Source: Methanoculleus sp. UBA208 (GTDB lineage: Archaea > Halobacteriota > Methanomicrobia > Methanomicrobiales > Methanoculleaceae). From it: a stretch of 64,000 nt of DNA. The stretch spans positions 2,542 through 66,541 of the forward strand of contig NZ_DAFZ01000109.1 in the NCBI RefSeq assembly GCF_002498065.1, given 5' to 3'. Shown one piece after another: positions 1 through 9,082 of this stretch (position 1 is its first letter; each line of letters starts with the position of its first letter). Made by a program: the position numbers and the translations under genes. The notes below the pieces were generated by a model. It saw only the letters and a list, made by a program, of their open reading frames with translations, was not told the DNA's origin and ran no database searches.

Positions 1-217
1 GTTCCTCGAGGTAATCGCGTATATTCCTGTGATCCTCAAACCCGTGAATGCCCCGGAGAAACTGCGAGAAAAGCGCTTCGGATTCGCCCGTCCCGAGGTA
101 ATCGACCACGCACCGGCACGCCTCCCGCTTCGCTCCGACAAGGTCAAAGAGGGTGTTGTCCATGTCGCAGAGGACCGCCTCTATCGTTTTATACCGAGTG
201 CCGCAAGTCTTCTGCAT
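1..217 (-). CDS. HAD-superfamily hydrolase (3' end runs off the window)
   Basis: Manual translation from ATG at 217: MQKTCGTRYKTIEAVLCDMDNTLFDLVGAKREAC...; HAD motif I hhhDxDxT; overlaps the end of the PIN gene. Confidence 0.8.
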   Translation of the reverse strand, partial: MQKTCGTRYKTIEAVLCDMDNTLFDLVGAKREACRCVVDYLGTGESEALFSQFLRGIHGFEDHRNIRDYLEE

Positions 218-1188
218 ATCTCCAGTTCCCTCGTGAACGCATGGTACGTCTCATCGTCCCGGAAACGCACCTTCAGTTCGTCGAGATCGTTGCCCTTCCC
301 GCCGTACTCCCCGAAGAGGGTGAATCCGTTGCAGCCTATAAACCCGAAGACGGCGGCGAGGTTGAAGAGCAGCCGCCGGAATGCCGGCGCCGTGCAGGTC
401 GTTGCCTCCAGTCTATATGGGCGGTCGAAGTAGAAGTACTCGAGCCCCTCGGCCATGCAGAGGTCCGCCATGTAGATGTCGGCGGTCAGGAGGACAGGGA
501 GGGCATACCGCTCCTCTTCGAACTTCCGGAGCGCCCGCACAATGTTGCGGTCGTTCTCCTCCGAAAGGTGCGTGTGCGGGTCCGGCGACGCTATCTCCGT
601 CGCCCGGTCGCGGACGGAGCGATACTCCTTCAGCGCGAGGTATGCGGCTTTCCGGGACCGCTTCATCCGCTTGTTCTCGAGTTCAGCAATGTATTCCCGG
701 CAGTCGGGTGCCTGCGCCGTCATCTCCTCGATCATCTTTGCCGGGTACTTGCGGTTGATGGCATATGCGATCTCGTCCCGGACGGTATCGACGATCAGGT
801 AGGAGGCGTGATCGATCCCGGGGTTGTTCGATGCGAACCCGTGGTAGAAGAGGTTCGTGTCCAGGCCGAAGAAGACGGCCTTCTTGAGCTGCCTGTAGGA
901 TGCGAGCATCGCATCGAAGGCGGCCTGATTCACGTAACGGGCGATCCCGCTTGCAAACATGCACTCCTGGAGATCGGCGTAGGAAGGAAGTTCCGCGGAG
1001 ACCGGCTCGTATTCGGTGAGCCAGTCCCGGAAGGTCTGGCGCGTTGCAGGCAGTTCGAGCCGAAAACCGGTCCCTTCGGGGCGTGCGACCAGGATATCTC
1101 CCTCGTAGAGCGGGTACGAGACGCGGACCTCATCGAGGCTGTTGATGAGGATCTGCAGCTCGTTCTCCCTGATGACCGCATCGTTCAT
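181..1188 (-). CDS. PIN-domain protein (putative ribonuclease), ~335 aa
   Basis: Start MNDAV at 1188 inside ORF 181..1704; PIN motifs FGLDTNLF, VRDEI, NDRNIVRAL, LLTADIYM; ATGA overlap with the upstream gene. Confidence 0.8.
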   Translation of the reverse strand: MNDAVIRENELQILINSLDEVRVSYPLYEGDILVARPEGTGFRLELPATRQTFRDWLTEYEPVSAELPSYADLQECMFASGIARYVNQAAFDAMLASYRQLKKAVFFGLDTNLFYHGFASNNPGIDHASYLIVDTVRDEIAYAINRKYPAKMIEEMTAQAPDCREYIAELENKRMKRSRKAAYLALKEYRSVRDRATEIASPDPHTHLSEENDRNIVRALRKFEEERYALPVLLTADIYMADLCMAEGLEYFYFDRPYRLEATTCTAPAFRRLLFNLAAVFGFIGCNGFTLFGEYGGKGNDLDELKVRFRDDETYHAFTRELEICRRLAALGIKR

Positions 1189-1697
1189 TCCCTCGCCCCC
1201 GCATCCTCCATGATATCCCGGATCCTCTGGACCTGGTGCGGGATCATCATATACGGCTTTGCGACGTCGTCGGTGTTCTGCATGGCGAGGTAATAGATGT
1301 GCCGGATATCGAGCCCCGCGAGCGAGACCGCGATGAGCGCCCCTGCGACCGTGACCTTCCTGCCCGAGGTGATGTCGATCGCCACGCAAAAACCCTGCCG
1401 GATAAGGTCTTGGGCAAGCGAACGGATTGTCTGTCCGGCCCGGACAAAGTCCGCTTCGGGCAGAATCTCCACCCCGATTGCGGGAACGAACCCGTACCCC
1501 TCCGAGACGATTCCAATCGCCTCGGCGGCGGTCGATGCTTCCTGTGCATAGGGTTCTTCGGTGACGATAGAGACCCGTTCGGGGCGCAACCCCTTCTCCC
1601 GCAGGACTGCATGATAAGCGTTGACGAGCGCCCATGTTGAGCGTCCGAGAAGTGTTATGTAGGCATCGCCGGAGGCGGGTGTCACGGAGTGAATCAC
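1185..1697 (-). CDS. Stand-alone CARF-domain protein (Crn1/Csx1-type Rossmann fold)
   Basis: N-terminal YITLLGRS (CARF motif I) and AIDITSGRK (CARF motif II); no fused HTH or effector domain. Confidence 0.7.
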   Translation of the reverse strand: MIHSVTPASGDAYITLLGRSTWALVNAYHAVLREKGLRPERVSIVTEEPYAQEASTAAEAIGIVSEGYGFVPAIGVEILPEADFVRAGQTIRSLAQDLIRQGFCVAIDITSGRKVTVAGALIAVSLAGLDIRHIYYLAMQNTDDVAKPYMMIPHQVQRIRDIMEDAGARE

Positions 1698-1717
1698 TGC
1701 TCAAGACTCACCCTGCT

Positions 1718-1727
1718 CCTATATAGG
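1718..1727 (-). promoter_or_regulatory. Putative TATA box for the CARF-PIN-HAD unit
   Basis: CCTATATAGG about 25 nt upstream of the GTG at 1697. Confidence 0.4.
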
Positions 1728-2004
1728 CTTTGTCGGAGCCCCTCTCCCTGGAGCGCAACCAACGGCGGATGATCCGGGCTACATTATCTGTTATTTTTTG
1801 ATTATTTGCTCTGTATTTGCTTCACTGGGGGCCACGTCCGGCATCTTGCCGAAATATGGCGGGATTTTACTCCCGGCGTTCTGAGAATACGCCTTTAGCG
1901 CGAAAGAAATCGCAAAATCTCGCAAGATATTTGGTAAATCTTTTATGATCGATATCCCCATAGTGGTATGGAAGAGCGCGAAATTACTCGGAGAGATATA
2001 ACCC

Positions 2005-2610
2005 ATGCAGACGAGAAAAACGAGATTGCAGACACCGGCCGAGATCTGGGGACTGGCGGACCCGGAGCAACCGATGAAGGCCCGGCAGGATGCCATTGAT
2101 GACGGTGATCTGATCGAGATCACCCGGATGGGGAGGGATATGGGTATCACCTATCCCCTCGCGGTCTCGGCACGGGCCGCTCAGAGTATGGTGCCGTTCA
2201 CGAACATCCCGCAGGAGACCGTTACGGAGAATCTGTGGGACACCCTTCATGCGTTCCGGGATAAAGCCCGTACGACGACCGAAGAGGAGTTCGAGTTCCA
2301 GGTCAGCCTCTACCAGAACGGCCTCGTCCCCACCCTCACCTTCAAGGCCGCGGTCTCCCCGGGGGACGACGGCGAACCGGTCATCACCATCATGATGCCG
2401 GACGAGGACTGGGAGACGATCGGGTGCGGCCACCGCCACAGCGCAGGCGACGCGATGCTCACCGTCGAAGACGTTGCCTCGACCCTGAACTTCACCCCCG
2501 GCCGGATCCGGGAGTTCATCCGGGAAGAGCGGATCCCGGCAGTCAAGTGCGGAGGGTCCTGGCGGATCAAGCGCTCGGAGCTCAACCGCATCATGAGCGA
2601 AGGGTTCTGA
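2005..2610 (+). CDS. DUF6573-like domain fused to an excisionase-type HTH
   Basis: AIDDGDLIEIT...GDDGEPVITIMMPDED resembles DUF6573; C-terminal MLTVEDVASTL...IPAVKCGGSWRIKRSEL is a typical HTH_17/Xis. Confidence 0.7.
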   Translation: MQTRKTRLQTPAEIWGLADPEQPMKARQDAIDDGDLIEITRMGRDMGITYPLAVSARAAQSMVPFTNIPQETVTENLWDTLHAFRDKARTTTEEEFEFQVSLYQNGLVPTLTFKAAVSPGDDGEPVITIMMPDEDWETIGCGHRHSAGDAMLTVEDVASTLNFTPGRIREFIREERIPAVKCGGSWRIKRSELNRIMSEGF

Positions 2611-2699
2611 TCGGCCGCTCCGGGTCGGCCAGGAGATGAGGGTTAATACGGCAGAGGAGCAAATCTCCTCCGGATGCTGCTGCCCGTGCCGATACCGCC

Positions 2700-3186
2700 C
2701 GTCTGGATATTACTTGGGTGATCAGTCTCACCGTTGCGACGTGTGCGGGAGCCGCGGTCGTCAGGCGGTATCCGGGGTACGGGTTTGCCACCCTCACCTG
2801 CCTGTATATCATCGACCCTGGCGCCTCATAGATCATCGCGGCCCGGCTCATTGAGTTCGATATCGGCATCGCCACGTTCGTCGCCCCTGCTTCTGTCTTC
2901 ATCTACCCGTTCGCCGCACAGGCGATCGATATGATCAACGAGGTCTACGGGAGATCGATGACCCGTGTCGCCATCGCCATTGCCCTCCTCTCGCAGATCC
3001 TTCTCGCCATCCTCATCGCCATGACGAATTCCCTGCATCTTCGTGAGCATCGCCTTCTTCACCGCCGGTATTCCCCTCCTTCCCCTGATCGCCGGTCAGA
3101 TCGTCAGCAAGGGCATCATCGGAGTTCTCGATGCCCCCTGGTACAAGCGTTACCTGGGGAGGGCGGGAGACGACCTCCCGGAATAG
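2700..3186 (+). pseudogene. Queuosine-precursor transporter (YhhQ/VUT family) pseudogene
   Basis: Frame reads LYIIDPGAS*IIAARLIEFDIG...IYPFAAQAIDMINEVYG with TAG at 2829-2831; a frame change near 3035 leads to the C-terminus IFVSIAFF...GQIVSKGIIGVLDAPW; start coordinate approximate. Confidence 0.7.
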
Positions 3187-3259
3187 GTGTTACTTAAATA
3201 TTATCTTATTGATGTGACACGGAAAACAAACATATTTAATTTTTAGATGTAGAGTTCTC

Positions 3260-6200
3260 ATGATGTGTGCCGAGGCCTCACGAGCATTCTCAAATTGCCT
3301 TTGCGCCGGTCCTGTGGCGGGGGTCGGCGTTCTGGCAACAAAACAGACGAATCGTGGGGATGGGCGCGTGCCCGGGCCCGGTGGTGGTTATGCACCTTCT
3401 CCGGCATCGTGTGCCCTGATGGGTGCGACCTTCGGGATCATGTGCCTTCTTTTTCTCCTTCTGCCCGGTGCAGGGGTGCCGGGTATGCCTACGGCTGAAG
3501 CCGTATGCCCCATCGTGGCCCTGCCCGGGCTCTTTGGGCCGAACGGTTCTTCTTTCCTAAGGCACTGGATAAGGAGAAACACCGATAAGAGCGGCAAGAA
3601 GGACAGCCCGGAAGGCCGTGCCCCGGATCCGGCTCTTTCCTCGTCCGATGCGCCCGCTGAGCCACCCCTGAGCAGGCGTGCGCCGGCTGATGACGGGACG
3701 AGCGTCTTTGAGAGACTCGAGATGATCCCCGATGCCCTCCGGCAATTCGACGATCTCGTCACACCGGACGGGGCGAGTACAGCCTTCCCCTCCGGCGACC
3801 CGGAGGCGGCCGGCCCCCTCCCGTCTCGCTCTTCCCCGGACAGGGCAATCAAAGCCCTTCCCCCTGATGAGCCGGGGGAAGCCTCTCCGCCGGAAACCCG
3901 GGATGACGCCCTCCCCGGCGCTCCGGACGAACTTCCGCAGTTCTCTCCTGACGGCCTGCCTGCCCCGCGTCCCGGTTTCCTCACCGAGGACGAACTCATG
4001 GAGATGTTCGGGTTCGACGACGGGGTCGTCGAATTGCCGGAGGACGGGCCGGCGGTTGTCGCCTGCACTCCCGCTCCTGTCCGTGAAGGTGCCGTGGACG
4101 AGGAGCGTCCGATGGAGTCGCTCATCGACGACCTCGGCAGCGACGATGCCGGGGTCCGCGGACGTGCCGTGGATGCCGTCGCAGAGCGTGGAGCCGACGC
4201 CGTCACGCCCCTGATCCGGGCCCTCGCCCGTGCGGACGACGGGAGACGGTGGTGCATCGCCGAAGCCCTTGCACTGATCGGCAAAGATTCAATCCCGGCA
4301 CTGATCGCTGCGCTCGGGGACGATTCGACGCAGATCGGGGCGGCTGCCACGCTCGTGCGTATCGGGGGGCCCGCCGTGCCGCCCCTCGTCGAAGCGCTCG
4401 CCGGCGATGACGGCGAAGTGCAGTTCGGCGCTCTTTACGCGCTCCGGGAGATCGGCGACGCGGCGATCCCCTCCCTTGTCAGGGCTCTTGATGCGCCCGA
4501 AGGGAGTATCCGGAGGTCTGCCGCTTCCGTTCTCCGGGATCTCGGGTGGAAAGCGCCCGATGATGCCGGAGCGATCCGCTACCTCGTTGCCAGCGAAGCG
4601 TGGCTTGATGTCGCGGATTACGGTGAGGCCGCGGTCGGCCCCCTGATTCGCATCCTGAAGTCCCAGGACAGGAAAGTACGCTGGAATGCCGCCCGGACCC
4701 TCGGGGAGATCGGCGAGGCCGCAGTCGGCCCCCTGGTCGAGCTCCTGCATGAAGCAGACGATGAAGTCCGGCCGCTGGCGGCCATGGCACTCGCGGAGAT
4801 TGGCCTTCCCGCTGTCGATCCGCTCATCCGGCTGCTCTGTGCCCCCCCTCTTCGCAGCACGGCGGCGACGACCCTGGTCCGGATCGGGGAGCCGGCTGCG
4901 GAGGCATGCATCCGGGGTCTGGACAGCCCGGACGAGGAGGCGCAGGAAGCGCTCCGGGAAGTCCTCGGTGCGCTCGGGGAAGCGGCGGTCCCGTCCCTGA
5001 TCCAGGCGTTGACGTCCGATCGCTCCCTGATCCGGTCCCGGATCGCCGCTATCCTGGGTGAGACGGGCTGGGAGCCCTGGAGCGACGCCGAGCGGGCATG
5101 GTACCTGATCGCCCGGGAAGAGTGGATGGAACTTGCCCTGATGGGCGCGCCGGCCGTCGATCCCCTGATCCGGACACTCAACGGCGACGACGACCGCATA
5201 CGCTGCGAGGCTGCGGCGACACTCGGCGAGATCGGCGATCCGGCGGCCGTAGGGCCGCTCGTGGATGCCCTCGCCGACGACGCTGTCGCTCCGGTGGCGG
5301 CGGATGCGCTCGTTGCCGTCGGGGAGCCGGCCGTGGTCCCTGTCCTTGCGCTGCTCGAAGGTGAAGCCGGGGCCGCCCGGGAGAACGCCGTCGAGGTTCT
5401 GGGCAGGCTCGGGGCGTCCGAGGCGATCCCGGCCGTCATCGAACTCGTCAGGAGCGGCGGTGACCGCCTGCACCGAAAAGCCGTCGACGCCCTGGTCGGC
5501 ATCGGTGCGCCTGCGATAGATGCCCTCATCCCCCTCCTCGGCGAGGACGGCGACGGACATGCGGGAGCGGCGGCTGCACTCACCGGGATCGGTGATCCGG
5601 CACTCGCACCGCTTGCCGAAGCGCTCGGCGACGAGAACTCGCGGGTCCGCCTGGGGGCCGCCAGGGTCCTCGAGAGGCTTGGGTGGGTTCCCACGGGAGT
5701 GGAGGAGCAGGCGGTTTACCTGATCGCGTTGCAGCGGTGGCCGGAGGTCGTGGACCTCGGTGCCCCCGCCGTCGACCTCCTGGTGGCACGGCTCGGCGAT
5801 CCGGATACGGGGGTGCAGGCCGGGGCGACGGAGTCGCTGGCCTGCCTCGGTGCTCCTGCGGTCCCCTCCCTGATCCGCCTGCTCGGCAGAAAGAATCTCC
5901 GCGGGCCGGCGGAAGAGACGCTGGTGCGGATCGGGGAAGCGGCAGTGGAACCCCTGATCCAGGGCCTGGACAGGGTCCGGCTCCGCAAGACGGCCGCCGG
6001 GGTGCTGGGCCGGATCGGGCGGCCTGCCGCCGGTCCGCTCGTCCCGGTTCTCGGGCGCCCGGATATCGGGCAGACTGCAGCCGGGATCCTCGAGGCGATG
6101 GGAGAGGCTTCCCTTGATGCGCTGGTCGAGGCGCTCGGGGACGATGACGCCGTGGTCCGGCAGCGGGCCGGGGACGTGTTCGCCAGCCTCGGGGATGCGG

Positions 6201-7558
6201 CCGTCGCCTCGCTCATCGGGGCGCTGGGGCACCAGAACGATCTCATCCGCCTGGGGGCGATCGATACGCTCACCCGGGCCGGCGGACCGGCCGTCGCCGA
6301 TCTTACGGGGGCGCTTTTAGACGAGCGGTACCTCGTGCGGCTGGGTGCGGCGGAGGTCCTCGGGAGAGCCGGATGGGTGCCGGAGACGGAAGGCGAGACG
6401 GTCTGCTACCTGATTGCAAAGGAGCAATGGGCTTCCGTTGCCGAGATTGGGGCCGGTGCCGTGGAACCGCTGATCCGGACGCTCAACGACCCCGACAGCG
6501 CGATCCAGATGGGCGCGGCACGGGCGCTCGGTATGATCGGGGCGCCTGCGGTCAGGAGGCTGATTCATGAACTCCGCGCCGAACAGGACGGCGGGCAGAG
6601 AAAAGCGGTCGAAGCGCTCAAGATGATCGGGGAGCCGGCGGTTGTACCGCTCATCGACGCTCTCCAGGATCCCGACTGGCATATCCGCCTCGGGGCGGCC
6701 CGGGCGCTTGTCGGCATCGGGGACCCCGCCGTCGAGCCGCTGGTCCGGGCCCTCCGCGGCGCTCCCCCGGCGGTCCGGATGGGAGCGGCGGCGACGCTCG
6801 GCAAGATCGGGAACCCGGCGGCCATCGAGCCGCTTACGGGCGCGCTCCTGCATGATGACTGGCGCCTGGGACGTGTCGTGGTGCGGGCGCTCGGCATGAT
6901 GGGCGAGGCGGCGGTCGAACCGCTTCTCTCCGTTCTGCGGGAAGGGAACGATACGGCCCGGAAGGGTGCGGTGACGGCTCTCGTGCTGATCGGGGAGCCG
7001 GCGGCCCGGCTGCTCCCCGGTGCGCTCACCGACGGGCATTTCCGTGTCCGTGCCGGGGCTGCGGACGCCCTCGACCGCCTGGACTGGTCGCCTGGGGAGG
7101 GGGAAGAGACGATCGACTACCTGATTGCGAAGGAACGGTGGGGCGATCTGATCCCGATGGGCCCGCCTGCGATCGAACCGCTGCTCCGGGTGCTCGACGA
7201 CCGGGACGACAGTATCCGGCGGCGGGCGGCGAGGGCTCTTGGGGAGATGCGCGATCCGCGGGCGGTCCCGGCGCTGATGGACCTTCTCCACGACGACTAC
7301 TACAGCGTCAGGCGGGAGGCTGCGGCGGCGCTCGTCTCCATAGGCGCCCCGGCGGCGGAGCCGGTCGTATCCGCACTCGGCGACCCGGACGGCGACATCC
7401 GGAAGCGTGCGGCGGATGTGCTCTCTGAGATCGGGGATGCACGGGCGATCGGGCCCCTCGAGGCTCTCTTCGACGATGAGGACTGGTACGCCCGGAGGGC
7501 CGCCGAGAGCGCGGTGGAGAGGATCCGGGAACGGGCCGGGAAGAACGCAGACTCATAG
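3260..7558 (+). CDS. Large HEAT-repeat (PBS lyase HEAT-like) protein
   Basis: Many repeats of the type VR..AA.ALG.IG.PAVEPLI.AL; hydrophobic N-terminal segment and acidic Pro-rich linker; start uncertain. Confidence 0.9.
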   Translation: MMCAEASRAFSNCLCAGPVAGVGVLATKQTNRGDGRVPGPGGGYAPSPASCALMGATFGIMCLLFLLLPGAGVPGMPTAEAVCPIVALPGLFGPNGSSFLRHWIRRNTDKSGKKDSPEGRAPDPALSSSDAPAEPPLSRRAPADDGTSVFERLEMIPDALRQFDDLVTPDGASTAFPSGDPEAAGPLPSRSSPDRAIKALPPDEPGEASPPETRDDALPGAPDELPQFSPDGLPAPRPGFLTEDELMEMFGFDDGVVELPEDGPAVVACTPAPVREGAVDEERPMESLIDDLGSDDAGVRGRAVDAVAERGADAVTPLIRALARADDGRRWCIAEALALIGKDSIPALIAALGDDSTQIGAAATLVRIGGPAVPPLVEALAGDDGEVQFGALYALREIGDAAIPSLVRALDAPEGSIRRSAASVLRDLGWKAPDDAGAIRYLVASEAWLDVADYGEAAVGPLIRILKSQDRKVRWNAARTLGEIGEAAVGPLVELLHEADDEVRPLAAMALAEIGLPAVDPLIRLLCAPPLRSTAATTLVRIGEPAAEACIRGLDSPDEEAQEALREVLGALGEAAVPSLIQALTSDRSLIRSRIAAILGETGWEPWSDAERAWYLIAREEWMELALMGAPAVDPLIRTLNGDDDRIRCEAAATLGEIGDPAAVGPLVDALADDAVAPVAADALVAVGEPAVVPVLALLEGEAGAARENAVEVLGRLGASEAIPAVIELVRSGGDRLHRKAVDALVGIGAPAIDALIPLLGEDGDGHAGAAAALTGIGDPALAPLAEALGDENSRVRLGAARVLERLGWVPTGVEEQAVYLIALQRWPEVVDLGAPAVDLLVARLGDPDTGVQAGATESLACLGAPAVPSLIRLLGRKNLRGPAEETLVRIGEAAVEPLIQGLDRVRLRKTAAGVLGRIGRPAAGPLVPVLGRPDIGQTAAGILEAMGEASLDALVEALGDDDAVVRQRAGDVFASLGDAAVASLIGALGHQNDLIRLGAIDTLTRAGGPAVADLTGALLDERYLVRLGAAEVLGRAGWVPETEGETVCYLIAKEQWASVAEIGAGAVEPLIRTLNDPDSAIQMGAARALGMIGAPAVRRLIHELRAEQDGGQRKAVEALKMIGEPAVVPLIDALQDPDWHIRLGAARALVGIGDPAVEPLVRALRGAPPAVRMGAAATLGKIGNPAAIEPLTGALLHDDWRLGRVVVRALGMMGEAAVEPLLSVLREGNDTARKGAVTALVLIGEPAARLLPGALTDGHFRVRAGAADALDRLDWSPGEGEETIDYLIAKERWGDLIPMGPPAIEPLLRVLDDRDDSIRRRAARALGEMRDPRAVPALMDLLHDDYYSVRREAAAALVSIGAPAAEPVVSALGDPDGDIRKRAADVLSEIGDARAIGPLEALFDDEDWYARRAAESAVERIRERAGKNADS

Positions 7559-7649
7559 ACCATCTCCACCGGTTCAAGTCTCTTCCTGTTATCCCCTGTG
7601 CCTCCGGCCGGCGATTCCCAGAAAGGATAGAGGGAGATCGGAACCCTGC

Positions 7650-8933
7650 TTACTTCTCGACGTCGATTCCCGAGATGTACGCCACGCCCAGTTTCGCCCG
7701 CCTTATCCGGGTGCTTTCCTTGAGGTGCCGCATATCGACAAACTCGCCCTCGGTCACGATCTTTTCGATCTGCCGGGAGAGATCGAGCGTTGCATCCCAC
7801 GGCACCCCCCGGAAGACGACGCCGTGGTTGTGGAGCTGCACCCGCTCCCCTCCCGCATGGGCCGGGTCGATGAGGGCTGCGATCTGTTCGCCGCTGCACG
7901 CCGAGCAGTCGATCCCGAACCCGAAGCCGACCATCGTGTCGCCCTGGTACTTCGGCTCGTCGTCTACCGCGAACCACTCCGCCACGTTCTCTTCTGCGTT
8001 GATGGGAAGGCCGTTTTCAGGGGTGGATGCGGCGATGGGGGACTTTTTCACCCCGGAACTGCAGACCCCGTCGACGACGGCCCACATGGCAACGGCGGCG
8101 ATGCCGGAGAAGTCGCGCCTCTGCTCCCGGGCAACGTCGAAGATCGTGCGGTACAATTCGGAGAGCGTAATGCTGCCCCCATCCCCGGCGTCGACGGTGA
8201 CGATCTCATGAAACGGCCCGTCCAGCGCTACATTATACCCGGAGTAGACGTAGAGTTCCCCGGTATCCTTCACCGGCGTGAAGAAGTCCGGCGTCTCGTT
8301 CCCGTCCGTCGGCAGCCATACCACCGAGCCGTGCAGCGTGATCATCTCCCCGAGGAGCGGGAGCGTGTCCGCAACGCCTTCCCCGAGCGCCCCGAGCCCG
8401 AGCGAGTACCGGAGAGCCGAGAACGGTATTGCACGGATATCTTCCTCCGTCAGGCGGGCGTGCAGCACCCTATCCAGGCTGCCGGTGACGCGGAGCGACG
8501 ATCCCTTTGTGGAGACCTGTTCGACGGTGTAGGCAACGCCGTTCCTGACGACCGGAGTCCGGGCAAGTTCGCTGATGACCGAGAGGCTGTCCTGCGGCCT
8601 TCTGCAGGAGGCGACGGCCTCCTCGACCCCGGGATAGAGGGAGAATATCGGTGTCACCCCGGCCATATCGAGGACGCTCTTCGGGTACTCCTGCATTCCG
8701 GCAAGGGCCAGGATGCCGCTGCGTTCTTTTAACTGTTTCTTGACGGCGATGAGAACCCGGATGCCCGCGCTGCTCAGGTAGTTCAGCCCTGCGAGGTCGA
8801 AGACGACCGACCGGTCGTCGTCCTGCAGCGACGCCTGCACGGCATCGGAGAGCTGTCCTGCACCGTACCCGTCAAGCCTTCCGCGAATCACAATCGTCAG
8901 AATTCCGTCTCTTCTCTCGGTCTGCAGTTCCAT
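7650..8933 (-). CDS. STAS (anti-sigma factor antagonist) domain protein with uncharacterised C-terminal domain
   Basis: N-terminal GRLD...VVFDLAGLNYLSSAGIRVL STAS signature followed by ~310 aa of unknown function. Confidence 0.8.
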   Translation of the reverse strand: MELQTERRDGILTIVIRGRLDGYGAGQLSDAVQASLQDDDRSVVFDLAGLNYLSSAGIRVLIAVKKQLKERSGILALAGMQEYPKSVLDMAGVTPIFSLYPGVEEAVASCRRPQDSLSVISELARTPVVRNGVAYTVEQVSTKGSSLRVTGSLDRVLHARLTEEDIRAIPFSALRYSLGLGALGEGVADTLPLLGEMITLHGSVVWLPTDGNETPDFFTPVKDTGELYVYSGYNVALDGPFHEIVTVDAGDGGSITLSELYRTIFDVAREQRRDFSGIAAVAMWAVVDGVCSSGVKKSPIAASTPENGLPINAEENVAEWFAVDDEPKYQGDTMVGFGFGIDCSACSGEQIAALIDPAHAGGERVQLHNHGVVFRGVPWDATLDLSRQIEKIVTEGEFVDMRHLKESTRIRRAKLGVAYISGIDVEK

Positions 8934-9082
8934 GTATATCCCGTACAGGTATCGGGCTGTTGACGGTTAATTTTTCTCAAAACTGCTTTGCCGTCGGCGT
9001 GCCGTGCCGTGGCGGACTCCATTGGGCGCACAAACTTCGTAACCATTATCTCTCCGGTTATGTGATCCTCCTATGATCCACC

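Noticed and set aside
181..1704. 507-aa single ORF as a CARF-PIN fusion
   Set aside because: The first ~170 aa are an Arg-rich alternative frame of the CARF gene; the PIN start at 1188 has its own RBS-like sequence and ATGA overlap
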